Of a stretch of 64,000 bases of DNA, positions 52,887 through 62,695 are shown one piece after another (the first letter of the stretch is position 1; each line of letters starts with the position of its first letter). The notes under the pieces are model-generated. The model was not told the origin of the DNA. It made no database searches and was given only the letters and a program-made list of their open reading frames with translations. The translations under genes and the position numbers were made by a program. Origin of the DNA: Trueperaceae bacterium (GTDB taxonomy: Bacteria > Deinococcota > Deinococci > Deinococcales > Trueperaceae); assembly GCA_965223585.1 (NCBI GenBank), contig CBDCWW010000010.1:55165-119164 (forward strand), in the 5' to 3' direction.

Positions 52887-53252
52887 TTAAAAACTCATCC
52901 AAAACAACCAACCTCCCAAAATGAGGAGGAGAATGGCTTCAATTGTTTGATGGCTTTTGAACAGTTGCGCTTGTTTATGGATATACTCCGGAAAACCAAT
53001 TTTCATAACTCCCTTGATTAACGTGGACCAACCTAAAATAGTAATAGCAATTCTCCAATCAGCAACCCAAACATTATGTAAAATTACAGTAACTAATCCC
53101 AAGAGTAGCGTGATATAGCCAGTAGATATAACAAAAGCTTTATCTTCAGTCATCTCTATAACCCTGCCCAAATACTTTGCTCCAAGAAAAAGTAGGCCAA
53201 AAATTAGAAAGAAACTGCCTAAAAATCTTGCAAAAAAGATCGAAATTTCCAT
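52887..53252 (-). CDS. Hypothetical 4-TM membrane protein
   Basis: 121-aa hydrophobic ORF directly downstream of cassette copy 6. Confidence 0.5.
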   Translation of the reverse strand: MEISIFFARFLGSFFLIFGLLFLGAKYLGRVIEMTEDKAFVISTGYITLLLGLVTVILHNVWVADWRIAITILGWSTLIKGVMKIGFPEYIHKQAQLFKSHQTIEAILLLILGGWLFWMSF

Positions 53253-53391
53253 AGTATTTTATCCACTCACACTATTTTAAGTGAATTTGCCAGTATAAAA
53301 AGCATTTGTCACTCAAAATTATTCTAGGTGATTACTTTCACTGATTAATCGGTAAAACTCTGACAAGTTATGTAGGACTTTCTCTGACATA
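53253..53391 (-). promoter_or_regulatory. Dispersed upstream cassette, copy 6 (minus orientation)
   Basis: The reverse complement reads TATGTCAGAGAAAGTCCTACATAACTTGTCAGAGTTTTACCGATTAATCAG..CACCTAGAATAA..., then the ATG at 53252. Confidence 0.65.
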
Positions 53392-53572
53392 CCATTAATC
53401 AAGCTTCTATGCAAAAACCTACTGACGTTCATCCTCTTTTAAAGATAAAAAGAAAAATTATAGCATTCTCCTAAACAAACTGGTACAGTTATGGGAAATA
53501 GATTTGTGGAATAGTGTTTTTAGCCCTCTCGCCGCCAGTGTTTTTCTCTTATCAAAGAATATTTAGGAACTG

Positions 53573-54022
53573 CTAATTTATGATATGCAGCCCCTCGTTT
53601 TCTTCAGTTCTTGAATATCGCCTTTTCAGAGCTTCTTCATCGCCGTACTCAGCAAAATGTGCTTCGTGTGCTGCCTGCACATATCCACGATCTTCCAGAT
53701 GTGCGACCGCACAAAAATAATTCTCAGTTCGACCAGCAACCACCGATGCATAGCGCAACCATCCGTTTACATAACCGCAGTAAGCACATCCTAGTTTCTC
53801 ATACCAAGTTAGATAAGGCAGTTTAGTCCGGTCAAAAATGCGTATATACTTTTTTCGTTCAACGGTCCTAATTCCATATATAGGAAAGAATACCCTGTGA
53901 CATATCTCTAGAACAATGTCAGAAAATAGTATCGGAACAATCGCTATCCAGATAAACGGTGCCCCAATTACCCAACGTATAATTAAAGGAAACTTATTTT
54001 TCTCGTGTTTTATTATAGCCAT
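53573..54022 (-). CDS. Hypothetical membrane protein with CxxC motif
   Basis: An N-terminal TM hairpin, then KLGCAYCGYVNGWLRYASVVAGRTENYFCAVAH. No family assigned. Confidence 0.45.
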   Translation of the reverse strand: MAIIKHEKNKFPLIIRWVIGAPFIWIAIVPILFSDIVLEICHRVFFPIYGIRTVERKKYIRIFDRTKLPYLTWYEKLGCAYCGYVNGWLRYASVVAGRTENYFCAVAHLEDRGYVQAAHEAHFAEYGDEEALKRRYSRTEENEGLHIIN

Positions 54023-54127
54023 TGGCGAATCCTCCCAAACTAATCGAAAATAACCATCCAAGGCCGCTACTTACATTGAAGCTCGAGCTAATTAGGCTGA
54101 ACGATATTGTGATTTCTATTTAACTAC

Positions 54128-55201
54128 TTATTTCCGAACAAGTTTAACTTCAACATTATTTACAAGGGTTTCGCCCTTACCTTCAACAATTCTATTACCT
54201 AGTGCAATAGAATATAAGTAAAAAGAATTTCTATCTTTTATGTGTTCGTTGTTTTCAACCAAATAATCCACCACATAATCTGTGAATGGTTTAACATTAA
54301 GGGTTTCATTGTATGAGCATATATTACCTTGTGATTTATCTTTACAAAGGGGTTTTGTACCCGTGTCATCCTCAATAATAAAAGTAAACAAATCCCATTG
54401 ATCTTGAGGGGTTGTTATATGTGATTTGTAGATACGATACTCTTGCTCTTCGTGACTAAAAATTGCGTCAGGCTGATAGCTTTCTATGTAGTTTTCAAAA
54501 CTTAGATCTTGACGATCAAATTTTTCTTTTCCATTTATATTAAGCTTATTTCCCTCAGGAGAGTCCTTATTTGTGTCAAGGATGATGAGCACTTCCGTCT
54601 TGGCTTTACTTTTATCACTTTCCTCAATATTAATAAGCCAAAGATCAACTACTAAACTATATGTATTGAGAAGAGATAAATCAAATACCGTCTCTAAATT
54701 ATATAAAAGGGGTATCTTATCTATAACACTTAGTGCAGTGGGTAAACAACTATTAATTGATTCATCCAATAAAGGTTTAGGCTCAAACAACACATGAGGA
54801 AAAGCATCATATTCATTAAGAAACTCGCCATTTTTATGTCCAAGAAACCATTCACTGATGTTACCAAGTACATCGTCACCAAATACATCTTGTCCTTCCC
54901 ACTCCCAACCATAAGACTTTTCGTTAACCTTTACATTTTGCCTTAAGAGGAAGGGACCCTGTTCACTTTTCTTAAAATCTATTATCTTACCAGCTTCGAA
55001 GATGTAGGTTGATTTACCAGACTTACCCTCAAAACGACCTTGATATTCTCCATCAAGATCGTATGTTCCAGCCAATTCACACTTTGAACTTTGACTTTGT
55101 TCTTGGGAATTAATGCTGTTTAGTTGTAGAACAAACAACCACAGAACTGAAAAAATGATTTTCCAAATAGTAAAATTATTTTGCACTATCAAAGACTCCA
55201 T
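54128..55201 (-). CDS. Hypothetical secreted protein (no recognisable domain)
   Basis: 357 aa with a signal-peptide-like N-terminus. Very AT-rich and free of CTCGAG. Confidence 0.45.
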   Translation of the reverse strand: MESLIVQNNFTIWKIIFSVLWLFVLQLNSINSQEQSQSSKCELAGTYDLDGEYQGRFEGKSGKSTYIFEAGKIIDFKKSEQGPFLLRQNVKVNEKSYGWEWEGQDVFGDDVLGNISEWFLGHKNGEFLNEYDAFPHVLFEPKPLLDESINSCLPTALSVIDKIPLLYNLETVFDLSLLNTYSLVVDLWLINIEESDKSKAKTEVLIILDTNKDSPEGNKLNINGKEKFDRQDLSFENYIESYQPDAIFSHEEQEYRIYKSHITTPQDQWDLFTFIIEDDTGTKPLCKDKSQGNICSYNETLNVKPFTDYVVDYLVENNEHIKDRNSFYLYSIALGNRIVEGKGETLVNNVEVKLVRK

Positions 55202-55502
55202 ATATCAAGCCACGCCCAGTAAGGGTAGCGTCACAATTTTTTCTATGCCCATGTAGTTTATTTTAACATGTGAAAAACTATGAAGCTGAAAGATGCAATG
55301 ACCTCAAGCTAAGTCGCATTTTAGCGGGGTTGGGCAAATCTCCCTTTGTCACTTTTTAGATGACAAACGAGGGAATCCAACCTTACACTGTAATGTTACT
55401 GCGACGTTACCAAAGCAAAAGAATACTTATCTAAAGCGCAAGGAGGCAAGGAATAAGAAGCCATCACAATCAACACCTTGCGGTTTTTATAAGGAGAAAA
55501 AA

Positions 55503-56231
55503 ATGGAAGCCATATCACAATTTAATCAAGTTATCAATAAAAAAAATTCTGCTGCCTATCTTTTGCAGCTTTTTGTAAACTATTTGATAATTGAAGTCCG
55601 CAAACCGAATATCTTTCTTGTACCTGCACGTGTTTTTCTAGGCATCGGTTGGTTACGTGCTGCCATTGAAAAAGGGGTTTCAGGAACGTGGTTTACTGGC
55701 TCTGAAGTTGAGGCATTTTTACTTGAACACCTCCCCACAATGTCATTTCCCTTTTTTAAAAGTTTGACTACTAACGTTTTTCTGCCACAAGCTGAATTTT
55801 TTGCTTTAATTGTTTTTATAGCTCAGGTATTAGTAAGTTTATCACTTATCTTTGGAGTATTTACAAGACCTGCACTATTAGGCGGTATGTTTATGAACAT
55901 AAGCTTTTTGCTGGCAGGTGCAGTAAATCCTAGCACTTTCTATCTGGTGATTCAGATGCTACTTTTCAACATGAATGCAGGTGAAGTGCTCAGCCTCGAT
56001 ACCTTGAAAAAGCAAGTCCCACTTAAACCACTGATTCACATAAACAGACGTATGTTCCTTGTGTGTGCCTTTGGCTTACTACTTTTAGCAAGCTTGGCTT
56101 TTCCTTATATTCAAGACTTTAGTCCTGAAGGAGCAATTGAAGATACTGCAGCTGTAACAGTGGTACTGCTCAGCATGCTTAGTTCATTCTTGTTAATTAC
56201 TTATTTACGTCTAGGCCAGAAACTAGGCTAG
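55503..56231 (+). CDS. Membrane protein, DoxX/DoxD-like (tentative)
   Basis: ARVFLGIGWLRAAIEKG motif; 5-6 TM segments. Confidence 0.35.
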   Translation: MEAISQFNQVINKKNSAAYLLQLFVNYLIIEVRKPNIFLVPARVFLGIGWLRAAIEKGVSGTWFTGSEVEAFLLEHLPTMSFPFFKSLTTNVFLPQAEFFALIVFIAQVLVSLSLIFGVFTRPALLGGMFMNISFLLAGAVNPSTFYLVIQMLLFNMNAGEVLSLDTLKKQVPLKPLIHINRRMFLVCAFGLLLLASLAFPYIQDFSPEGAIEDTAAVTVVLLSMLSSFLLITYLRLGQKLG

Positions 56232-56249
56232 CTATTTTATCTACAGCAA

Positions 56250-56379
56250 TATGTCAGGAAAAGTCCTACATAACTTATCAGAGTTTTACCGATTAGCTAG
56301 AAAAAGTGAACAAATAAAATTAAGGTGCTTTAGGCAGCAAGTTTTTTTAAGCACACTACTTCTTTGGAAGGAGAACGTC
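56250..56379 (+). promoter_or_regulatory. Dispersed upstream cassette, copy 7
   Basis: TATGTCAGGAAAAGTCCTACATAACTTATCAGAGTTTTACCGATTAGCTAGAAAAAGTGAAC...TTTTTAAGCACACTACTTCTTTGGAAGGAG, then the ATG at 56380. Confidence 0.7.
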
Positions 56380-57207
56380 ATGCAAGATAAAAACATACTG
56401 ATAACAGGTGGGACCTCTGGTATGGGTAAAGCAACGGCTGAGCACCTTGCCCAAATGGGTGCACAACTCCTATTAATGAGTCGCAACTCTGAAAAAGGGG
56501 AAGCGGCTGCAAGCGAGATTCGCCGCACTAGCGGCAATGACAAAGTCACTTTTGTAAAGGCTGACCTGTCGCTCTTGAGTGAAATGCGACAAGCTGCAGA
56601 CAATGTCCGACAAAGATTTGATAGGCTCGATGTTCTAATACACGCTGCAGGCGGTTCCTTTCCTCCAGAGCGTGCGCTAACCAGTGAAGGCCTCGAGCTA
56701 AACTTTGCTGTCCAGTACCTAGCCCGCTTTGTCCTAACCAATGAACTGCTTGAATTGTTAAAGGCAACCCCCGCACCACAGGTGCTAAGTCTTGCTGGAG
56801 GTTCTACCATCTCGGGTCAGGTAGATTTTGACAACCTCCAAGGCGAAAAAAAATACAATAAATTTGGATCAATAGCCAACTCTTCACGACTAAATGACCT
56901 ACTCACACTCGAGCAGATAGCCCACTACCCTGAAATCACCTTCTATAATTATGGCCCGGGGTTAGTGCGAACTGCGACTATCATGATATCTTCGTTTGCG
57001 CGCCTATTCTTCAACACTGTAGGACGCCCCTTCACTAGGTCAGCCGAACGAGCAGCCAAGGACATGGTGATGCTCCTAACAGGTGACTATCCCAGTGGTT
57101 TTTACGGGCGTTCTCTAAAACGCAATGAACCCTCAGAAACAGCAGATACTGCCTCGTGTGAAAGGCTTTGGAAGTACAGTGAAACCCTAGTTGAACAGAT
57201 CAAATAA
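56380..57207 (+). CDS. SDR-family oxidoreductase
   Basis: TGGTSGMGKATA Rossmann motif. Start at the ATG at 56380 after GGAAGGAG. The ORF-track N-terminal extension is the cassette read through. Confidence 0.8.
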   Translation: MQDKNILITGGTSGMGKATAEHLAQMGAQLLLMSRNSEKGEAAASEIRRTSGNDKVTFVKADLSLLSEMRQAADNVRQRFDRLDVLIHAAGGSFPPERALTSEGLELNFAVQYLARFVLTNELLELLKATPAPQVLSLAGGSTISGQVDFDNLQGEKKYNKFGSIANSSRLNDLLTLEQIAHYPEITFYNYGPGLVRTATIMISSFARLFFNTVGRPFTRSAERAAKDMVMLLTGDYPSGFYGRSLKRNEPSETADTASCERLWKYSETLVEQIK

Positions 57208-57268
57208 CCACTTATTCATCAGACAGATTTATAATGATGGGATTTTCTCTTAGTTTATTGGACACACC

Positions 57269-57739
57269 ATGATTATTCTCCAAGACAAAGTCGACATAAA
57301 CACCTCAACTGAGGCTGTATTCGAGTGGCTCGAGCACTTCTGTGAGCATTATCGTGAGTGGCATCCCAGTCATGTGTCGTGTTGCTACCTGCGTGGTAGC
57401 GGGTTACAAGTCAGCACAATTATCCAAATCGAAGAAACTTTGCATGGGAAACTGCATAGATTGCGCCTCCTAGTCACAGAAGTCATTCCCGGCACTCGCG
57501 TAGCGTACCGCATTGCTCCCGGGATGAAGGGTGCCTTCGAGGTAAAGTCAAAAGCTAGCAAGATCTGCTTTGTAGCCACTATCACCATAGGAATCAGATT
57601 TCCCCTACTCGAAGGCCTCATTGATGCGTTACTCTGGAGGGTTTTGGCATCTAGGCTCGCAGCTCTACAAGAGCATATGGCTGAAGAAGGCAAAAACCTT
57701 AAGCGTCTTTTGGAACAGCCTTCAGAATCCCCTAAATAA
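57269..57739 (+). CDS. SRPBCC-superfamily (polyketide cyclase/dehydrase-like) protein
   Basis: 156 aa. N-terminal I.....VFEWL......EWHP pattern and size. Confidence 0.5.
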   Translation: MIILQDKVDINTSTEAVFEWLEHFCEHYREWHPSHVSCCYLRGSGLQVSTIIQIEETLHGKLHRLRLLVTEVIPGTRVAYRIAPGMKGAFEVKSKASKICFVATITIGIRFPLLEGLIDALLWRVLASRLAALQEHMAEEGKNLKRLLEQPSESPK

Positions 57740-57858
57740 ATTTAGGGGAACATTAACTTAAACATTATAAAAGGGGGAGGTCAGGAAGAAGGAGAAGAGA
57801 AATTAAAAACAAAGTTGTTTGATTACATATTAGTTATTGGGCAGGCGCTATTGTCAAT

Positions 57859-58182
57859 TTGTACGCAGCTTTCCGATGGATGTTCCCGCAAGTGTTCCCG
57901 GGTTCAAGTACTGACGTTGGTTACAACTTGGGTATGAAATGGGGAGTAGCCCTTATGCTGGGCTGGGTAGCTCTCTTGATTTGGGCAGATAGGAAACCTG
58001 TAGAACGCAAGGACATCCTTTTACTGACGATCTTTCCAGTCATTACAGGTCTTTTGATCACAACTGTCGTTGCCTTCACCGCTAGTTTTATCTCGACTTC
58101 AACGCTGACCTTCAACTTGGTCATAATGATAATTTTGATTGGGTTAATGGGATTCAGCTATCTGAATGCCCGAAAGAGTTAA
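57859..58182 (+). CDS. Hypothetical membrane protein (start uncertain)
   Basis: Hydrophobic 107-aa ORF from a TTG. The frame is open from 57823 with no canonical start upstream. Confidence 0.35.
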   Translation: MYAAFRWMFPQVFPGSSTDVGYNLGMKWGVALMLGWVALLIWADRKPVERKDILLLTIFPVITGLLITTVVAFTASFISTSTLTFNLVIMIILIGLMGFSYLNARKS

Positions 58183-58219
58183 AGTGATCATTCCATTGGT
58201 CTGCCGGGGAGCATGGTTT

Positions 58220-58340
58220 TATGCAAAAAAAATCCTATATAGCATGTCAGATTTTTACTGACTAGTTGCAAAAAAGTAATCGTCTAGAATGTATAGGATA
58301 GCTCTAAGTTTTAGCTTAGTAGTCCACACTCAAATTGTTT
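58220..58340 (+). promoter_or_regulatory. Dispersed upstream cassette, copy 8 (5' block degenerate)
   Basis: TATGCAAAAAAAATCCTATATAGCATGTCAGATTTTTACTGACTAGTTGCAAAAAAGTAATCGTCTAGAATGTATAGGATAGCTCTAAG. About 90% identical to copy 5. Confidence 0.65.
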
Positions 58341-58520
58341 ATGAAATCAGAAAATAGTTCAAGACCCATTCGAGTCGACAGTCAAACAGGTAGTATTCTT
58401 TGGTTTATTGGTTTGTTATTCACAATTGCATTTGCAAAACTTGTTTGGTGGCAAGCTCTCTTAGCAATTGTGATCTGGCCATATTATCTTGGGGTGGCTG
58501 TCAGGTATAAGGCAAACTAA
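58341..58520 (+). CDS. Small (59 aa) two-TM membrane peptide; paralog of 48534..48701
   Basis: MKSENSSRPIRVDSQTGSILWFIGLLFTIAFAKLVWWQALLAIVIWPYYLGVAVRYKAN. Confidence 0.6.
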   Translation: MKSENSSRPIRVDSQTGSILWFIGLLFTIAFAKLVWWQALLAIVIWPYYLGVAVRYKAN

Positions 58521-58778
58521 ACCTTTGCAAACCCCTGCCATATAAATTCGCTGATGCTCTTAGAGTTGCAATTCAGCATAGGGCAAACCGGTTCAGTATA
58601 ACATATGCTAAAAACGGGGAAGAATTGGACATTTGTGAAATAGTGCTTGGAAAAACCTTGAAGGTCTTGAAGACCTTCAAGGTTTGGGCAACACTTCATT
58701 GCATTCAAGGGTAAACCGAAAATTTATATGTCCATTTTTAAACCATAAGCAGTATAGAAAATAACTAAGGGTGCTTGG

Positions 58779-59798
58779 TTAGGCTTTATTATTATGCTCC
58801 AAAGTTACAACCACGCTTCCCTTTTTATGCCCCGCTTCAACATACCTATGAGCCTCAGCAGTTTGTTCTAAAGGATAGCACCTATCAATCACCGTTTTTA
58901 TCGCCCCCTTCTCAGCAAGATCTTTAATGACCATGAGGCCTTCTATCTTTTCGTTTGACAACGCACAGATAACTTTCTTACTGCTAAATACTGAAGTCCA
59001 TAGCATCTGAACAAGCTGCCTTGTCTTAAAACTGGCTAAAAGGTAGCGCCCATTAGGTGTTAAAGAGTTTTTACAACGCAAAAACGACGATTTACCTAAA
59101 ATATCAAAGATCAAGTCATAGGTCTCACCGCTTTGGGTAAAATCCTCTTTGGTGTAATCAATAACTTTATCCGCACCTAAAGCTTTCACTAGCTCTACTC
59201 TTGGAGTACTGCATACCCCTGTCACATTTGCACCATAGTGTTTGGCAAGCTGTACAGCTGCTGACCCTATCCCTCCTGACGCACCATTGATAAGGACCTT
59301 TTGACCGGGTTGAATGTTCACTTTTCTGAGGAGATTAAGTGCGGTTAGTGCTCCATAAGGCACAGCAGCAGCTTCGGCGTAGCTCATATTGGTGGGTTTG
59401 AGTGCTACTAAGCCATCTTCAGGCATACATAGATACTCGGCATTCGCACCCATTTTAGAACCGCGATAGGCAAAAACTTGGTCACTTACTTTAAACTTCG
59501 TAACATCTTTGCCTACAGCTTCAATTTCCCCGGCTAGCTCACCACCCAAGATTGTTTTGTTTTTCCTTGGTTTGTTAAAGCCGAACTCGAGCCTTGCAGG
59601 AAGCCATAGGGGTGTAGGCATAGAAAAGGTGCGAGGCGTGAATTTTCTTTTGATGTCTCTAACAGTAATATCCCCAAAGTTTACGGGTGTTGCACGTACT
59701 CTTATCAGGATTTCATTGTCCTTCGGGGTGGGTTTAGCGATCTCTTTGAGTTTAAGGACATCGGGTGACCCATATTCGGTAAATACAATTGCTTTCAT
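58779..59798 (-). CDS. MDR-superfamily NAD(P)-dependent oxidoreductase
   Basis: NGASGGIGSAAVQLAK. The ATG at 59798 follows GAGGAAA. Confidence 0.8.
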   Translation of the reverse strand: MKAIVFTEYGSPDVLKLKEIAKPTPKDNEILIRVRATPVNFGDITVRDIKRKFTPRTFSMPTPLWLPARLEFGFNKPRKNKTILGGELAGEIEAVGKDVTKFKVSDQVFAYRGSKMGANAEYLCMPEDGLVALKPTNMSYAEAAAVPYGALTALNLLRKVNIQPGQKVLINGASGGIGSAAVQLAKHYGANVTGVCSTPRVELVKALGADKVIDYTKEDFTQSGETYDLIFDILGKSSFLRCKNSLTPNGRYLLASFKTRQLVQMLWTSVFSSKKVICALSNEKIEGLMVIKDLAEKGAIKTVIDRCYPLEQTAEAHRYVEAGHKKGSVVVTLEHNNKA

Positions 59799-59806
59799 GT
59801 TTTTCC

Positions 59807-60064
59807 TCAACTTTCTTTAACTTGTTTTATGAATTCATCCTCGGGCTCAAAAGAAAAAACCTCTTCTAGTGGCAAGCTAAAAACATAAGCAATGCGAAAT
59901 GCCAAATCTAGTGTTGGAGAGTATCTTCCTTTTTCAATAGCGACAATGGTTTGCCGTGTTACCCCCACTTTGTCTGCCAATTGCTGTTGGGTCATTTCAT
60001 CAAAGTGAAAGCGCAATTTCCGCACATTGTTGCTCACTCGGTGTTTACTATCTTTTTTACCCAT
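59807..60064 (-). CDS. XRE-family HTH transcriptional regulator (YozG-like)
   Basis: MTQQQLADKVGVTRQTIVAIEKGRYSPTLDLAFRIA. Confidence 0.8.
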   Translation of the reverse strand: MGKKDSKHRVSNNVRKLRFHFDEMTQQQLADKVGVTRQTIVAIEKGRYSPTLDLAFRIAYVFSLPLEEVFSFEPEDEFIKQVKES

Positions 60065-60065
60065 A

Positions 60066-60512
60066 CTAAAAACCTCTGCGATAAAAGTAGATCTGTGAGG
60101 CACTTCCAACAAGCTGTGCTAAAAAGAGCGAGACAAGAAGTATGTGAAACATTGTTGACAATGGTTGCTTGATGACCAGTGCTGCCATCGCCAGCAAAAA
60201 GCCCGTGCCAAACATGTAAAAGGTATTCCGTGTTGCACGAAGTTCGATAAGCTTGTCAAATTCATCGGTGATATCGGGAGCTTCTTCCTTGGTTGCGATG
60301 GTGTTAATGATGCTGAAAAAGATGTACATGATGATACTGACAACAACTTGTATAGGAATCAAGACTAAAAAGGCAATTCCCCAAAAGCGTAAGAATGTTG
60401 TTAAATCTGTGCTGCTTGCTTGATCCATTTGCAATAGAAAGGTGTAGTAGAACCAAGCCACAACTAAGGTGACTAGAAAATAAACAATTGCTCGTTTTTC
60501 TTGAAATGACAT
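60066..60512 (-). CDS. Membrane protein, DUF2178-like (tentative)
   Basis: 4 TM segments with a central DEFDKLIELRA motif. The pairing with a YozG-like HTH gene is typical. GGAGG SD before the ATG at 60512. Confidence 0.4.
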   Translation of the reverse strand: MSFQEKRAIVYFLVTLVVAWFYYTFLLQMDQASSTDLTTFLRFWGIAFLVLIPIQVVVSIIMYIFFSIINTIATKEEAPDITDEFDKLIELRATRNTFYMFGTGFLLAMAALVIKQPLSTMFHILLVSLFLAQLVGSASQIYFYRRGF

Positions 60513-60523
60513 AATTCCTCCAT

Positions 60524-60745
60524 TCAATGGTTTATGACTTGCTGATACACCGAATACTCCACTTCTTTATTGTGGTTGTAAGGTGCGACAGATTGCTTTA
60601 AAGATTCCTCTTGTGATGACTTGATGTTCTTAGCTGGCAAAGGGCGGTAGTCAACAGGAGTACCCTCTATTCGGAAAATGAAAACTCCTACAGCAGACCA
60701 GAACTGCTCGAGTTTAGTAAGTACTTTGTTATTTGTGAGTTTCAT
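60524..60745 (-). CDS. Hypothetical small protein (73 aa)
   Basis: ORF from the ATG at 60745, lying between the permease and the DUF2178-like gene. Weak SD. Confidence 0.35.
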   Translation of the reverse strand: MKLTNNKVLTKLEQFWSAVGVFIFRIEGTPVDYRPLPAKNIKSSQEESLKQSVAPYNHNKEVEYSVYQQVINH

Positions 60746-60756
60746 TATCACCAAAC

Positions 60757-61617
60757 CTAGTTCGTGTTTTTGTTGTTGTAAAGGTGCATGGTTAGTGGCG
60801 CAAAGATTGCAATAAGCACAGTGCAAGACACCAATACGGACACAATCTGCATGGTCGTTGCCTGTCCATGCATCAAACTGCGTACTGCCGTGGCAGTAAG
60901 GCTAACAGGATTGATATTCACCAAGGGTTGCAAGAATGCTGGCATGGTCGTGGGATCAACAAACACGTTGCTGATGAAGTTCAGTGGGAACGAAATAAGG
61001 GAAGTCAGCATTGAAACCGACTTTGGATCATTCATCAGTAAGCCGACTGCCGTCCAAATCCATGACAAGCTAAAGGCAAAGACCAGCACCAGCAGTAGAG
61101 ACCACAAAACACCACTAAGGCTAGCTTCTGGACGAAAGCCCAAACTTAGACCTAGCACTAAGACGACCAAGAACGCTGTTGTGTACCGCACCATATCGCC
61201 CAATAGTGCACCGACAAGCACTGCAGGTCGCCAAAAGGGGAGTGAGCGAAAACGGTCAAAGATACCGTTAGAAATGTCTGCATTGAGTCCAATTGCTGTG
61301 TACATGGTAATCATCACAACAGTCATGACAAGAATGCCCGGAATGAGTGGCTGTAAATAATCCTTGACGGAACCAGCTAGCGCCCCACCAAAGATATAGC
61401 TAAACATCAGGGTCAGCAAAATCGGAAACAACGTGACATCAATGAATTGTGAAGGTACATGTTTGAGTTTGAGGAGGGAGCGCCAACCAAGGCTTAGGGA
61501 TGCTGACCAGGCACTTGGACGGGCAGGATTTCCTTGGGTTTTGGTCATAGAAGTTAACACTTGCTTATCAACGATGTTGGGCAGGGTGACATCTAGTGCA
61601 GTATGGATGTTACTCAT
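60757..61617 (-). CDS. ABC-2 type transporter permease (DrrB-like)
   Basis: 286 aa with 6 TM segments. 4-nt overlap with the upstream ATPase gene. Confidence 0.75.
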   Translation of the reverse strand: MSNIHTALDVTLPNIVDKQVLTSMTKTQGNPARPSAWSASLSLGWRSLLKLKHVPSQFIDVTLFPILLTLMFSYIFGGALAGSVKDYLQPLIPGILVMTVVMITMYTAIGLNADISNGIFDRFRSLPFWRPAVLVGALLGDMVRYTTAFLVVLVLGLSLGFRPEASLSGVLWSLLLVLVFAFSLSWIWTAVGLLMNDPKSVSMLTSLISFPLNFISNVFVDPTTMPAFLQPLVNINPVSLTATAVRSLMHGQATTMQIVSVLVSCTVLIAIFAPLTMHLYNNKNTN

Positions 61618-62582
61618 ACTATAAGATCCTTTCTGGTGTTTATGTTATTGTTTGTTACCTCTCCTGTGAGGGCAAGGAATACGTCATCAAGACTGGGTTG
61701 CTCGAGCGCAAACTCTGCTAAACCGACCTCTGCCTGTGATAGTGCCGTAATGGTGTTTGCCAATCTTTCAGAGTCGGAAACCTGTGCTGAAAGTGTTGTA
61801 GGATCGGGTTCACGTTGGGCTGCTATACCCAGTGTCTGTAAGACAATCTGCTCAGCTAACGTCCGCTCGTCAGCATGATTCAAGCGTAGTCTTAAAACAC
61901 CTGAGCCAACCGACGCTTTGAGCTGGCTGGGCATACCATCGGCAATAATTGTGCCGTGGTCGATGATGACAATGCGGTCAGCAAGCTCATCGGCTTCTTC
62001 TAAATACTGCGTGGTTAGCAGCACTGTGGTGCCTGCCGAGCGTAGGTTGCGAATAACATCCCATATATAACGGCGACTTCTAGGATCAAGCCCTGTAGTT
62101 GGTTCATCGAGAAAGAGCAGGTCAGGTGACACTATTAGACTTGCTGCAATATCAAGGCGACGTCGCATTCCACCTGAGTAGTGCTTGACTTGGCGCTTGG
62201 CCGCATCTGTTAGACCAAAAGCCTGAAGTAAGCCAGATGCTCGAGTCCTAGCATTTACCCATCCATAGCCCAGTAACCGTGCCACCAACATCAAATTTTC
62301 CAGTCCTGATAGTTCATCATCAACAGAGGCAAATTGCCCCGTCAAACTCACCCGACGACGTACTGCATCTGCATCTGTAATCACGTCATGTCCAAAAATC
62401 CGTACTATACCTGTGTTAAAACGGAGCAAGGTTGCTAGAATACGGACCGTGGTGGTCTTGCCAGCACCGTTTGGACCTAGCAAGGCAAGCAAACTTCCAC
62501 GTTTCACCGCTAAGTTGATGCCCTTCAAAACATTAACCCTGCCGTAGGATTTGTGTAAGTCAGAAACTTCAATGGCATTCAT
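61614..62582 (-). CDS. ABC transporter ATP-binding protein (DrrA-like)
   Basis: GPNGAGKTT, LSGGMRRRLDIA, LFLDEPTTGLD. The ATG at 62582 follows GGAGG. Confidence 0.85.
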   Translation of the reverse strand: MNAIEVSDLHKSYGRVNVLKGINLAVKRGSLLALLGPNGAGKTTTVRILATLLRFNTGIVRIFGHDVITDADAVRRRVSLTGQFASVDDELSGLENLMLVARLLGYGWVNARTRASGLLQAFGLTDAAKRQVKHYSGGMRRRLDIAASLIVSPDLLFLDEPTTGLDPRSRRYIWDVIRNLRSAGTTVLLTTQYLEEADELADRIVIIDHGTIIADGMPSQLKASVGSGVLRLRLNHADERTLAEQIVLQTLGIAAQREPDPTTLSAQVSDSERLANTITALSQAEVGLAEFALEQPSLDDVFLALTGEVTNNNINTRKDLIV

Positions 62583-62695
62583 GACTTTCCTCCATACTTG
62601 TTTGATGCTTTGTTGCCTTGTGCCATTGTGATGACGATTTTGTCTCGAGCGCATTTTGTCTCGAGATAGCTAGAGTGTTTTCCTTGAGAGGACAT
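62579..62695 (-). CDS. Candidate 38-codon upstream ORF translationally coupled to the DrrA-like gene
   Basis: Hand translation gives MSSQGKHSSYLETKCARDKIVITMAQGNKASNKYGGKS. AAGGAG lies 5 nt upstream. Its TGA overlaps the ATPase ATG (ATGA). Confidence 0.35.
   Translation of the reverse strand: MSSQGKHSSYLETKCARDKIVITMAQGNKASNKYGGKS

Noticed and set aside
56251-56379. N-terminal extensions in the ORF track (56251, 41820, 47177, 58335, also 9034, 20493, 8268, 33123, 62654, 60826, 60112)
   Set aside because: The extensions run through the dispersed cassette or the preceding gene. Internal ATG/GTG codons with good SD sequences and proper N-termini (signal peptides, Rossmann motif, Walker A spacing) fit better.
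60788-61360. 190-aa plus-strand ORF and other antisense ORFs in the DrrAB-like, SDR, CPBP and permease genes (56286..56810, 50847..51374, 18790..19155, 21206..21631, 22649..23044, 23992..24426, 47628..47987)
   Set aside because: Each is opposite a gene with clear catalytic or TM motifs. Compositions are biased (Ser/Arg/Pro-rich) and none shows a recognisable motif.
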